Part shown: positions 27,631-36,361 of the stretch, in pieces
Layout of the letters: each line of letters opens with the position of its first letter
Numbering within the stretch: position 1 is the stretch's first letter
Origin: Bacteroidota bacterium
Lineage (GTDB): Bacteria; Bacteroidota; Bacteroidia; Bacteroidales; JAGONC01
NCBI GenBank assembly: GCA_022711405.1
Contig: JAKLFC010000010.1
Location: 70,349-134,348 of the forward strand
Length of the DNA: 64,000 nt
Reading direction: 5' to 3'
Program-made: the position numbers and the translations under genes
Notes under the pieces: generated by a model
Databases searched by the model: none
Seen by the model: the letters and a program-made list of their open reading frames with translations, nothing else
What the model was told of the DNA's origin: nothing

Positions 27631-27680
27631 AGAGAGGAGAGAGGAGAGAAGAGAAAGGAGAGAGGAGAGAGGAGAAAGAA
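27631..27680. repeat. 50-nt pure polypurine tract, about 7 AGAGAGG heptamers (inverted counterpart of the 2049-2126 tract)
   Basis: Read directly: only A and G from 27631 to 27680. It lies in the divergent gap between the ImcH-like gene start (27572) and the ispG start (27726). Confidence 0.95.
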
Positions 27681-27725
27681 TGGATGTTTTTAGTACTTTT
27701 AGGGCTTTGAAGATCGACGTTTTCC

Positions 27726-29399
27726 GTGAGTATAAATCCGTATCCCTTGAACGATAACAGTTCATCCCCTGTCCGCTTCATAACCAGGGTGGTGAGGGTA
27801 GGCGATGTACCGATGGGCGGAGATTATCCCGTCAGGCTCCAGTCGATGACCACCACCCCCTCGCTGGATACGGTCCGAACCGTTGAACAGGCACTCCGAA
27901 TGGTGAAAGCAGGATGTGAATACGTGAGGATCACCGCACGGAACGTAAAAGAAGCCGAAAACCTTCTATCCATTAAAATGGAGCTGAAAAGAAGGGGATG
28001 TCATGTACCTCTCATCGCCGATGTTCATTTCAATCCCTCCGTCGCGGAAACGGCTGCAAGGATCGTTGAAAAAGTCAGGATCAATCCGGGTAATTATCTT
28101 TCAGAAGACAAAGGACTGCTGCGCGCATCAGAGGCTGAGATGAAGGAACGGCTAAGGAACAGGCTCCTTCCCCTGATCAGGATATGCAAAGAGCATGGAA
28201 CCGCTCTGCGCATCGGCAGCAACCATGGTTCACTGTCAGAAAGGATCATGGCCCGGTTTGGTGACACACCCATGGGAATGGTGGAATCAGCGCTCGAATT
28301 CGCCAGGATCTGCCGTGAGGAAAATTTCAACGAACTCATCATTTCTATGAAATCCAGCAACACACGGGTGATGATCTATTCAAACCGTCTGCTGGTACAG
28401 CGCATGCTGGAAGAAGGGATGGACTATCCTGTTCATCTTGGGGTGACGGAAGCGGGAGAAGGAGAAGACGGGCGCATCAAGTCGGCCATTGGTATCGGAA
28501 CGCTCCTCAGGGAAGGGATCGGGGACACGATCCGGGTATCGCTGACAGAGGAGCCGGAGTTTGAAATTCCTGTGGCAAGGATGATACTACAGTCAGCAGC
28601 CTGTCCTGATGAGTCCCGCTGTCAGCGGGATAAACTTCGCGAAATCAGGATCAGCGGGCCTGTTGAATATAAGAGGCGGAAAGCCCTGCAGGTTGGTGAG
28701 ATCGGTGGGACAAAGGTGCCTGTTGTAGCCACCAATGAACCCATACCCGGACATGTCATTGCGGTTAAATTGGGTGAGTTGACGGACGCGATGATTTCCA
28801 GCATGAAAAACGACCCTGATGCAGTACTGATCGCTGACAGTGATGCGGATACCGGTCATTTTTTTCAAAGGTCCCTGTTCCGGCGACTGACTGAATCCCG
28901 TTGCCTGGTACCGGTCATCATCAGGATACGTTATCCACGCATGGATGAGCAGGAACTGCTGATCAGGAGCTCCATCGATGTTGGTTCACTGCTGATCGAC
29001 GGGTTGGGTGATGGAATTTGGTTGGAGGCAGAAGGACACTCCTCCGGCTATATTAACCGTTTGTCATACAGCATTCTCCAGGGGAGCCGATGCCGCTTCA
29101 CCCGGACGGAGTTCATCGCATGTCCCTCCTGCGGGCGAACGCTCTTCGATATCCAGGATACATTGCTCCGTGTAAAGGAAAGGATGGGCCATCTGAAAAA
29201 CCTTAAGATAGCCGTGATGGGATGCATCGTCAATGGCCCGGGTGAGATGGCCGATGCGGATTATGGCTATGTGGGAGCCGGACCGGGCAAGGTCACCCTG
29301 TATAAGGGCAGGAGTATCATCCGGAAAAATGTGGATGAAAAGGATGCGCTGAATGCGCTGGAGGAGCTGATACGGATAAATGGAGATTGGGAGGAATAG
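27726..29399 (+). CDS. ispG: 4-hydroxy-3-methylbut-2-en-1-yl diphosphate synthase (long, insert-domain type)
   Basis: 557 aa with VRLQSMTTT, the DVHFNP TIM-barrel region, and C-terminal 4Fe-4S ligands (CPSCGRT ... GCIVNGPGE). The start codon is GTG according to the ORF track. Confidence 0.9.
   Translation: MSINPYPLNDNSSSPVRFITRVVRVGDVPMGGDYPVRLQSMTTTPSLDTVRTVEQALRMVKAGCEYVRITARNVKEAENLLSIKMELKRRGCHVPLIADVHFNPSVAETAARIVEKVRINPGNYLSEDKGLLRASEAEMKERLRNRLLPLIRICKEHGTALRIGSNHGSLSERIMARFGDTPMGMVESALEFARICREENFNELIISMKSSNTRVMIYSNRLLVQRMLEEGMDYPVHLGVTEAGEGEDGRIKSAIGIGTLLREGIGDTIRVSLTEEPEFEIPVARMILQSAACPDESRCQRDKLREIRISGPVEYKRRKALQVGEIGGTKVPVVATNEPIPGHVIAVKLGELTDAMISSMKNDPDAVLIADSDADTGHFFQRSLFRRLTESRCLVPVIIRIRYPRMDEQELLIRSSIDVGSLLIDGLGDGIWLEAEGHSSGYINRLSYSILQGSRCRFTRTEFIACPSCGRTLFDIQDTLLRVKERMGHLKNLKIAVMGCIVNGPGEMADADYGYVGAGPGKVTLYKGRSIIRKNVDEKDALNALEELIRINGDWEE
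28599..28655 (+). repeat. 57-nt structured repeat, copy A, in frame inside ispG
   Basis: GCCTGTCCTGATGAG-tCCCGCTgtcAGCGGG-ATAAACTTCGCGAAATCAGGATCAGC. Both flanks are identical to copy B at 54179-54236. The central hairpin differs by two compensated base pairs. Confidence 0.8.
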
Positions 29400-29425
29400 A
29401 TGCCTTTTGGGATATCCGATTAAAT

Positions 29426-29491
29426 GATTAACCGATATCTGATATCTGATTTGATTTCAGATTTAAATCCTATATCAGATATCGGTTAATC
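29426..29491. terminator. Bidirectional terminator-like hairpin between convergent ispG and rlmI
   Basis: There is a perfect 20-bp inverted repeat: GATTAACCGATATCTGATAT (29426-29445) and ATATCAGATATCGGTTAATC (29472-29491). The loop itself contains ATCTGA/TCAGAT pairing. Confidence 0.7.
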
Positions 29492-29492
29492 G

Positions 29493-30680
29493 TTAATCAG
29501 ATATCTTAACGACCATCCCCTTCAGATACATCCCTTCCGGGAAATGAAGCATCACCGGATGATCCGGTGCCTGGGTGAGCCATTGTAGGATACGGGCTTC
29601 CTTACCGGCATCCAGTGCTGCGTCAGCCACGATCTTGCCAAAAAGCTCACGGGTCACCAGACCGGAACAGGAGAAGGTAATGAGGATCCCTTCGGGACGT
29701 AATAATTTGAATGCTAATAAATTGATATCTTTATATCCCCTGCCGGCCTTTTCGACCTGGCTCATGGATTCCGCAAATTTAGGCGGATCAAGGATGATCA
29801 GATCAAACGACCGCCCTTCATCACGGAACCGCCTGAGCCTTCGAAAAACATCATCTTCCATAAAGACTGCCCGGTTTGCATCCAGACCATTGATGGAGAT
29901 GGTTTGCCGGGCCAGCTGGAGTGCCTCTTCGGAGGTGTCGACGCTGGTGACCGAAACAGCTCCTCCAGCCAATGCAGCTGCCGTAAAACTTCCCGTATAG
30001 CAAAAGCAGTTCAGTACATCGGCCTCTTTGCTGTACCCTAGCACTACCTCCCTGTTGACCGTTTGATCCAGGTAAAAGCCGGTCTTGTGACCTTTCCTGA
30101 CATCTACAGGGTACGACTCGCTGCCTATCTTTACTGTTATCTGCTCAGGAGGCTCCTTGCCCCAAAGCACTCCAATCTGCTGCCTGAGGCCTTCCTTTGT
30201 CCTGACATCTGCATCCGAACGCTCAAAGATACCCTTGCACGGGATCATGGTATGCAGGATCTGCACGACGCTCTCTTTCCAGTATTCAGCTCCTGCCGAC
30301 AGGAACTGGCATACCAGGAAATCACCATATTTGTCAGCGATCAGGCCAGGCAGTCCGTCGCTTTCGGCATAGACCAGCCTGCAGGCATCCGGCAGTGCAC
30401 CACCGTAAAGCTTTTTCCTGAAGGATACTGACTTTTCAATCCGTCTGAAAAAGAACGAGTCATCGATCATATCCTGCTGGTCAAAGGTCCAGACACGGGC
30501 AGTGATCTGTGAGCCGGGAGAGATAGCTCCCCGCGCCATCCATTTTCCTGATCCTGACAGAATATCAACGGTTTGCCCGGGATTAGCACCTCCCTCTGTT
30601 CTCTGAATGGCGCCCGAAAACACCCACGGGTGACGGCGTAAAAGGGATTTTTCGCGGTCAGGTTTAAGATGAAGGGGCAT
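29493..30680 (-). CDS. rlmI: 23S rRNA m5C methyltransferase RlmI-type (PUA + class I SAM MTase)
   Basis: 395 aa with N-terminal LLRRHPWVFSGAI and a SAM-binding VLNCFCYTGSF motif. Confidence 0.8.
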   Translation of the reverse strand: MPLHLKPDREKSLLRRHPWVFSGAIQRTEGGANPGQTVDILSGSGKWMARGAISPGSQITARVWTFDQQDMIDDSFFFRRIEKSVSFRKKLYGGALPDACRLVYAESDGLPGLIADKYGDFLVCQFLSAGAEYWKESVVQILHTMIPCKGIFERSDADVRTKEGLRQQIGVLWGKEPPEQITVKIGSESYPVDVRKGHKTGFYLDQTVNREVVLGYSKEADVLNCFCYTGSFTAAALAGGAVSVTSVDTSEEALQLARQTISINGLDANRAVFMEDDVFRRLRRFRDEGRSFDLIILDPPKFAESMSQVEKAGRGYKDINLLAFKLLRPEGILITFSCSGLVTRELFGKIVADAALDAGKEARILQWLTQAPDHPVMLHFPEGMYLKGMVVKISD

Positions 30681-30862
30681 GGGGTATATTTCTTTTTAAA
30701 TTGTTAAACTGTCAAATTGTCAAATTGTTTTACTGTCAACAGCCAATTGCAAACTGCCAGCTGATGTAAATGTAGGCAAAATGTTGATTAAAAATCTGCA
30801 TATTTCATTCTACATATTTCATATTTCATACCTCATAATAATGATGTAATTTAGTCTTCCAT

Positions 30863-31675
30863 TTGACGAATATGCAGGAGCGCCACACTAACCGCCAGCA
30901 GTACTTTCAGGAGCAGGTTTACACGACCTCGCAATACGTGATCCCTTTTATCCGGGAGGTATTTCCCCCCGGCAACAACACCACCGTCCTGGAGATCGGA
31001 TGCGGGGAAGGAGGCAACCTGAAGCCATTCCTCGATATGGGCTGCCGGGTCACCGGGATCGACATTTCTGAAAGCAGGATCACCCTGGCCCGCTCATTTC
31101 TTGACGATCCGGATTATAAGGACAGGCTTGAGCTGATCGCAAACGACATATACGACGTTCATGAACCTTTCATAAAATTCGATCTGATCATCCTCAGGGA
31201 TGTGATCGAGCACATTCACAACCAGAAATGGTTCATGTCGTACCTGAAGCGTTTTCTTCGTCCCGGAGGAATGGTCTTTATTGCATTTCCGCCATGGTAC
31301 AATCCTTTTGGCGGGCACCAGCAGGTCTGCCGGAACAGGATATTGTCGAAGCTACCATACGTTCATTTGATGCCTTCGTTCTGTTATAGAAAATTGCTTA
31401 AAGCCTTCGGGGAGAATGATGCAACGATCCAGGGACTGATGGAGGTGAAGGAGACAGGTCTTTCGATTGAACGATTTGAACGGATCCTGAAACAGGATGG
31501 GTACAGGATCGTTAAAATGCAACACTACCTGATCAATCCGAACTATGAAATCAAATTCAGGATGAAACCCCGGAAACAGAACCGGCTGATCGCTGCGATC
31601 CCTTTTGTGAGCGATTTCCTGACCACATCGAGCTATTACCTCGTATCCGTCGAAATGGAATCCTGTAAACATTAA
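30863..31675 (+). CDS. Class I SAM-dependent methyltransferase
   Basis: 270 aa with VLEIGCGEGGN (motif I) and DLIILRDVIEH. Confidence 0.8.
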   Translation: MTNMQERHTNRQQYFQEQVYTTSQYVIPFIREVFPPGNNTTVLEIGCGEGGNLKPFLDMGCRVTGIDISESRITLARSFLDDPDYKDRLELIANDIYDVHEPFIKFDLIILRDVIEHIHNQKWFMSYLKRFLRPGGMVFIAFPPWYNPFGGHQQVCRNRILSKLPYVHLMPSFCYRKLLKAFGENDATIQGLMEVKETGLSIERFERILKQDGYRIVKMQHYLINPNYEIKFRMKPRKQNRLIAAIPFVSDFLTTSSYYLVSVEMESCKH

Positions 31676-31685
31676 TTATCAGTGA

Positions 31686-34265
31686 ATGAGAAAATTTGTT
31701 TTACTAATGATCATCGGGATGTTTATGATATCCTGTAATCCAAAATCTGACACGCCAGGTATGATCCGCATACAACTTGACCAGAACTGGGAATTCCGCC
31801 AGGCAGATACAGGTTCATGGATGCCTGCGACGGTGCCGGGAACCGTGCATACTGACCTTCTTGTCAACAAAGCTATTGAAGATCCCTTTTACCGGCTGAA
31901 TGAAAGGCAGTTGCAATGGATCGACAAAAAAGACTGGGAATACCGGACAGCCTTTGTGATGGATCGGACGACCCTGGCCAGGGAGAATATTGATCTTGTT
32001 TTTCAAGGACTGGATACGTATGCAGAAGTTTTCCTCAACGAAAAACAGGTCCTTCAGGCAGATAATATGTTCAGGACATGGAGGATAAGTGGTAAGGATT
32101 ATCTAAAAGAAGGAACGAACTCACTCAGGATCAGGTTCTTATCTCCAGTCAACGAAGGTCTGAAAAAGCTGCAGGCAAATGGTTATCCCCTGCCTGCTTC
32201 CAACGACCAGTCGGAGACCGGGGGCCTGGGGGATCAAAGGGTCAGTCCGTTTGTCAGGAAGGCACCGTATCATTTTGGATGGGACTGGGGCCCTCGCCTG
32301 GTAACCTCGGGCATCTGGCGCCCGATATGCCTGGAAGCATGGGATGAAGGACGGATCAGTGATCTTAATGTCCGTGCGATTAAGATCGATCCGGATCATG
32401 CAGACCTTGAAGTACAGTTCAGTGTGGTGTCGGGTAAAGGAACACGGCTGAATGCCAGGATCTATGCCGACAGCATGCTCATCCATGAAGAAGCCCTGAA
32501 CCTTATGCCGGGGGAGAATCCCGTTCGCATTCCTGTATCTATCCAGCAGCCTGAACTCTGGTGGCCCAACGGCATGGGTAACCAGAAGATCTACAGGATC
32601 AGGGTCATTGTGGGGAAAGGGAATGAAATGGCAGATGAAGCTGAGATCACCACAGGACTGAGAACCCTCAGGCTGGTGCAGGAACCGGATCCTGACGGCA
32701 GCGGAAAAAGCTTTTATTTTGAAGTCAACGGAGTACCCGTTTTTGCCAAAGGAGCGAATTACATCCCGAACGATGTGTTTCTGACCAGGGTCACTCCCGA
32801 CAGGTATGAGTACATTGTCAGGTCTGCAGCTGAGGCCCGCATGAACATGCTTCGCGTCTGGGGCGGTGGGATCTATGAGAATGATCTTTTCTATGACCTG
32901 TGCGACCGGTATGGGATCATGATATGGCAGGATTTCATGTTTGCCTGTTCGATGTACCCGGGCGATGATGCTTTTCTGGAGAGTGTCAGGCTGGAGGCCA
33001 CCGATAATGTAAAACGTCTGCGCAACCACCCCTGCATTGTGCTCTGGTGCGGGAACAATGAAATTGAGACTGCCTGGGCTGAGTGGGATGAAAACAGGGG
33101 ATGGGGATGGAAACAGCAGTACAACCACGAACAGCGATCGGCGATCTGGAAAGCATACGATACCCTGTTCCATAGGATGCTTCCTGCCATTGTGGCGGAG
33201 TATGACCCGGCGGTTCCATACTGGCATTCCTCTCCCTCGGCGGGATTCGGGCAATTGGCAGGCTATGATACAAGATCGGGTGATATGCACTACTGGGGTG
33301 TCTGGCACGGCCTGCATCCCTTCAGCGATTTCAGGACGTACCGTGCCCGTTTCATGAGCGAATACGGATTCCAGTCGTTCCCTGAATTCAGTTCAGTGAA
33401 ACGGTATACATTACCTGAGGATTACGATATCGAGTCGGAGGTGATGATGTCGCACCAGCGGAGCGGCATCGGCAACCTGCGCATACGGCAATATATGGAA
33501 CCGGATTATAAGGTCCCGAAGGATTTTGAACAATTTCTGTATGTGGGTCAGCTGCTGCAGGCGGAAGCCATTAAAATGGCCATTGAATGCCACCGGTCCG
33601 ACATGCCGTACTGCATGGGAACGCTGTACTGGCAGATCAATGATTGCTGGCCCGTGGCTTCCTGGTCGGGCATTGACTATTATGGCAGGTGGAAGGCGCT
33701 GCATTATTTCGCAAAGGAAGCCTTCAAACCCGTTACGCTGGTAATGGATGAAAAGGAAGGCAAAGTACGGGTACATATCATTTCAGACCTTCCTGAAACA
33801 CGGACACCGGAGCTGGTTATCCGGCTCATGAGCTTTGACGGGCACGAACTCTGGAAGCAATCACTCACCGTTGATGTTCCGGGCCGTTCATCTGCCATCT
33901 ACTTTGAAAAAGATATCAGCGGATTCGACACTACCCGGACGGTGCTGGCTGCATCCCTCGCAGCAGAGGGTGCCCATCTCGATGCAGGATTTCATTATTT
34001 TGCCCGGCCGAAGTACCTCAGGCTCACCCCTCCTGACATCTCGTTGGATGTGGCCGAAACAGAAAGTGCATTTGAAGTGACTCTTACCAGCAAAGCACTG
34101 GCCAGGAACGTATTTCTGGCCGCAGAAGGGTATGGCGGGCAGTTCTCCGATAATTTTTTCGATATTCTGCCCGGAGATCATGTAAAAGTGACATTCCCCA
34201 GATCCGGCAACCGGGAACAGTTTAAGGATCATATAAAGATCATGCATCTGCAGCAAACGATGTGA
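31686..34265 (+). CDS. Glycoside hydrolase family 2 beta-mannosidase
   Basis: 859 aa with a signal peptide, WEFRQ...WMPATVPGTVHTDLL, the acid/base region WCGNNE, and the nucleophile region MSEYGFQS. Confidence 0.85.
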   Translation: MRKFVLLMIIGMFMISCNPKSDTPGMIRIQLDQNWEFRQADTGSWMPATVPGTVHTDLLVNKAIEDPFYRLNERQLQWIDKKDWEYRTAFVMDRTTLARENIDLVFQGLDTYAEVFLNEKQVLQADNMFRTWRISGKDYLKEGTNSLRIRFLSPVNEGLKKLQANGYPLPASNDQSETGGLGDQRVSPFVRKAPYHFGWDWGPRLVTSGIWRPICLEAWDEGRISDLNVRAIKIDPDHADLEVQFSVVSGKGTRLNARIYADSMLIHEEALNLMPGENPVRIPVSIQQPELWWPNGMGNQKIYRIRVIVGKGNEMADEAEITTGLRTLRLVQEPDPDGSGKSFYFEVNGVPVFAKGANYIPNDVFLTRVTPDRYEYIVRSAAEARMNMLRVWGGGIYENDLFYDLCDRYGIMIWQDFMFACSMYPGDDAFLESVRLEATDNVKRLRNHPCIVLWCGNNEIETAWAEWDENRGWGWKQQYNHEQRSAIWKAYDTLFHRMLPAIVAEYDPAVPYWHSSPSAGFGQLAGYDTRSGDMHYWGVWHGLHPFSDFRTYRARFMSEYGFQSFPEFSSVKRYTLPEDYDIESEVMMSHQRSGIGNLRIRQYMEPDYKVPKDFEQFLYVGQLLQAEAIKMAIECHRSDMPYCMGTLYWQINDCWPVASWSGIDYYGRWKALHYFAKEAFKPVTLVMDEKEGKVRVHIISDLPETRTPELVIRLMSFDGHELWKQSLTVDVPGRSSAIYFEKDISGFDTTRTVLAASLAAEGAHLDAGFHYFARPKYLRLTPPDISLDVAETESAFEVTLTSKALARNVFLAAEGYGGQFSDNFFDILPGDHVKVTFPRSGNREQFKDHIKIMHLQQTM

Positions 34266-34275
34266 CAGGAAAGGA

Positions 34276-34995
34276 TCAGTATTCCTTCAATAAGGCTTTT
34301 CGCTCTTTATAGTCCGGCAGAATGGCTCCGACCCTGTTCCAGAACCTTGCCGAATGGTTCTTTTCAACGGTGTGACACAATTCATGCACCACCACATAAT
34401 CGATCACAGATTCCGGTAGCAGGATGAGCCGCCACGAAAAACAGAGCCTGTCTGCAGGGCTGCAGGATCCCCATCTGGTTCTCGCGCCGGTGACCGTGAT
34501 ACCGGTATGCCGGAAACCGTGGGTATTTGTATAGTATTGAACTCGATCGGCGAGGGTTCGGAGGGCTTCGTGGGCGTACCAGTAGGTCATAGCCCGCTCT
34601 GGGTGGGCAAGGTAACGTTCAGGAAAAAGGATATGATGGTCGTTCAAACGGATCGATTGCTCGCCGGAGGTGATCATCAGCGGATACTGTTTTCCTTTGT
34701 AACGGAACAACTCACCATCCCTGAAGGGATTCATCCGGTGGATGGTCTGTTTATGTTGCACCTGGGTCAGCTTTTTGGCGATCCAGTTCCGTTTCTGTTC
34801 AACGAGGGCTTCAATCTCGGTTATGGTTGTGTGCACCGGGGCCCTTACGACAAGGCGTGCATCGCGGGTGATGACCAGAGCGATGGTTCGCCGGCGGGAG
34901 CGGAGGATCTGGGATATGGGGATTTTCATCATGATGCAATCGCATGCAAAATTACAAATCCCATGCTTTCTACCGATATGTTGTGCCTGCGGCAC
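34276..34995 (-). CDS. YgjP-like (DUF45/M48-type) metal-dependent hydrolase
   Basis: HELCHTVEKNHSARFW is the HExxH motif. The likely true start is MMKIPIS at about 34932, so the 5' 21 codons of the tracked ORF are probably not coding. Confidence 0.75.
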   Translation of the reverse strand: MPQAQHIGRKHGICNFACDCIMMKIPISQILRSRRRTIALVITRDARLVVRAPVHTTITEIEALVEQKRNWIAKKLTQVQHKQTIHRMNPFRDGELFRYKGKQYPLMITSGEQSIRLNDHHILFPERYLAHPERAMTYWYAHEALRTLADRVQYYTNTHGFRHTGITVTGARTRWGSCSPADRLCFSWRLILLPESVIDYVVVHELCHTVEKNHSARFWNRVGAILPDYKERKALLKEY

Positions 34996-35058
34996 AAATA
35001 CTGAATGCGGAAATTGCCTTTTCTACCGATATGTTGTGCCTACGGCACAAATACTGAA
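34966..35058. promoter_or_regulatory. Two direct copies (about 40 nt each, about 52-nt period) of an element containing the palindrome TTGTGCC-N3-GGCACAA
   Basis: Copy 1 (34966-35005) is CTTTCTACCGATATGTTGTGCCTGCGGCACAAATACTGAA. Copy 2 (35018-35058) is CTTTTCTACCGATATGTTGTGCCTACGGCACAAATACTGAA. They lie in the divergent promoter region between the ygjP-like and aminotransferase genes. Confidence 0.6.
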
Positions 35059-35107
35059 CACAATTTCTTGCTACTTTCGTACAACATTATTATTTATAGC
35101 ATTCCCG

Positions 35108-36337
35108 ATGTCCCTTGATTTCGATTTTGTCCGCAGCCAGTTTCCTGCACTGGATCGCGATTGGATCTATTTCGACAATGCCGGCGGCACGCAGACAGCA
35201 CGGCAGGTAGGCGAGCGGCTTACCGAATACCTGTATCAAACCAATGTCCAGCTGGGCGCTTCCTATGAGATCTCCCGGCTGGCAGGCCGGCGTGTAAAAG
35301 AGGCTCAGGCTGCATGGGCAAATTGGATCGGTGCTGCTGAGCCGTCAGAAATCATTTTTGGTTCTTCCACTACCCAGTTGCTGCAAAACCTATCGAAATC
35401 GTTCAGCATGATGTTCACACCCGGCGACGAGGTGATCGTCACCAACTGCGATCACGAGGCCAACATAGGCCCATGGCGGTACCTGGAACGTTTCGGGATT
35501 ATCGTGAAGGAATGGAGGATCCATCCGGATGATTTCAGGCTGCATGCCGAAGACCTTCTGCCATTGCTCACCGACAGGACACGCCTGGTTGCCTTTACGC
35601 ACGTTTCGAATATCCTTGGGACGCTGAATCCTGTCAGGGAATTCACAGATCTTGTACACCGTTACGGAGCGATGGTTTGTGTGGATGGTGTAGCCTATGC
35701 ACCGCACCGTATGCTGAATGTGGCGGTTTGGGATGTTGATTTTTATGTGTTCAGCCTGTATAAGGTCTATGGTCCCCATTATTCACTGCTTTATGCAAGG
35801 AAGAAACTTCTGGAAACGTTGCCCGGCATCAACCATTTTTTCATCCATGATGATGAGATCCCGACGAAACTCCAGCCGGGATCTGTGAACTTTGAACTTA
35901 CCTGGTCCCTGACAGGGATCCTGGATTATTTCAACCTTATCGCATCACATCACATCTCAGGCCATCCAGGCGATGCCCGTATCCCGCATCCGGCTCTCTT
36001 CGATGGCCTTGCCATCCATGAAGAGGAACTATCGGCCACGATCCTGGATTTTCTTTTATCCCGGAAGGGAATCCATATCATTGGCGAGAAAACGGCCGAC
36101 AGGTCCATCCGAGTCCCCACCATCTCTTTTACCTCCGACCATATCCGCAGCGACGAGGCCGTTTCCAGGATCGATCCCCACCGGATCGGCATCCGGTACG
36201 GTGATTTTTATGCCCGCCGCCTGATCCGGGATCTTGGCCTTTCGGTGCACAACGGCGTGATCCGGGTAAGCATGGTGCATTACAATACGGTGGAGGAAGT
36301 AAAGAGGCTCATTGGGATTTTGAATGGGATTCTTTAG
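35108..36337 (+). CDS. Class V aminotransferase-fold PLP enzyme (cysteine desulfurase/SufS-like)
   Basis: Start chosen at MSLDFDFVRSQFPAL (ATG 35108). Motifs are YFDNAGGTQ, HVSNILG and FSLYKVYGPH (PLP lysine). The tracked ORF 34742.. extends spuriously into the opposite-strand gene. Confidence 0.8.
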   Translation: MSLDFDFVRSQFPALDRDWIYFDNAGGTQTARQVGERLTEYLYQTNVQLGASYEISRLAGRRVKEAQAAWANWIGAAEPSEIIFGSSTTQLLQNLSKSFSMMFTPGDEVIVTNCDHEANIGPWRYLERFGIIVKEWRIHPDDFRLHAEDLLPLLTDRTRLVAFTHVSNILGTLNPVREFTDLVHRYGAMVCVDGVAYAPHRMLNVAVWDVDFYVFSLYKVYGPHYSLLYARKKLLETLPGINHFFIHDDEIPTKLQPGSVNFELTWSLTGILDYFNLIASHHISGHPGDARIPHPALFDGLAIHEEELSATILDFLLSRKGIHIIGEKTADRSIRVPTISFTSDHIRSDEAVSRIDPHRIGIRYGDFYARRLIRDLGLSVHNGVIRVSMVHYNTVEEVKRLIGILNGIL

Positions 36338-36361
36338 TAGTAAGATGCCTGCAGCTTGAAG

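Noticed and set aside
28605-28648. Hammerhead ribozyme reading of the structured repeat (it contains CUGAUGAG ... hairpin ... CGAAA, the two hammerhead core strings). I also noted a superficial resemblance to the GAUGAG...AAAC part of fluoride riboswitches.
   Set aside because: The hairpin is followed by AUAAACUUCGC before GAAA, so the G12-A13-A14 core is not adjacent to stem II. There is no stem I between a cleavage-site triplet and CUGAUGA. A stem III can be drawn only in copy A, not copy B. CUGAU is also predicted to be base-paired with AUCAG. The fluoride-riboswitch pseudoknot and P3 architecture are absent. The element is kept as an unclassified structured repeat.
32139-33317. 392-aa minus-strand ORF inside the GH2 beta-mannosidase gene. 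Similar long antisense ORFs lie at 39513-40568, 43246-43914, 53483-54052, 57965-58627 and 3748-4479.
   Set aside because: All are antisense to well-supported genes, lack motifs and have biased Arg/Pro/His-rich composition. I treat them as shadow ORFs.
34991-35006. Sigma-54 promoter reading of GGCAC-N5-CTGA in the operator-like repeats
   Set aside because: The -12 element does not match TTGC (it reads CTGA). The GGCAC is better explained as half of the perfect TTGTGCC/GGCACAA palindrome.
34742-35107. 5' extension of the aminotransferase ORF (the track gives 34742..36337, 531 aa)
   Set aside because: The extension overlaps the YgjP-like gene on the other strand and the operator-like repeats, and it has no aminotransferase similarity. 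The conserved N-terminus begins at MSLDFDFVRSQFPAL (ATG 35108).
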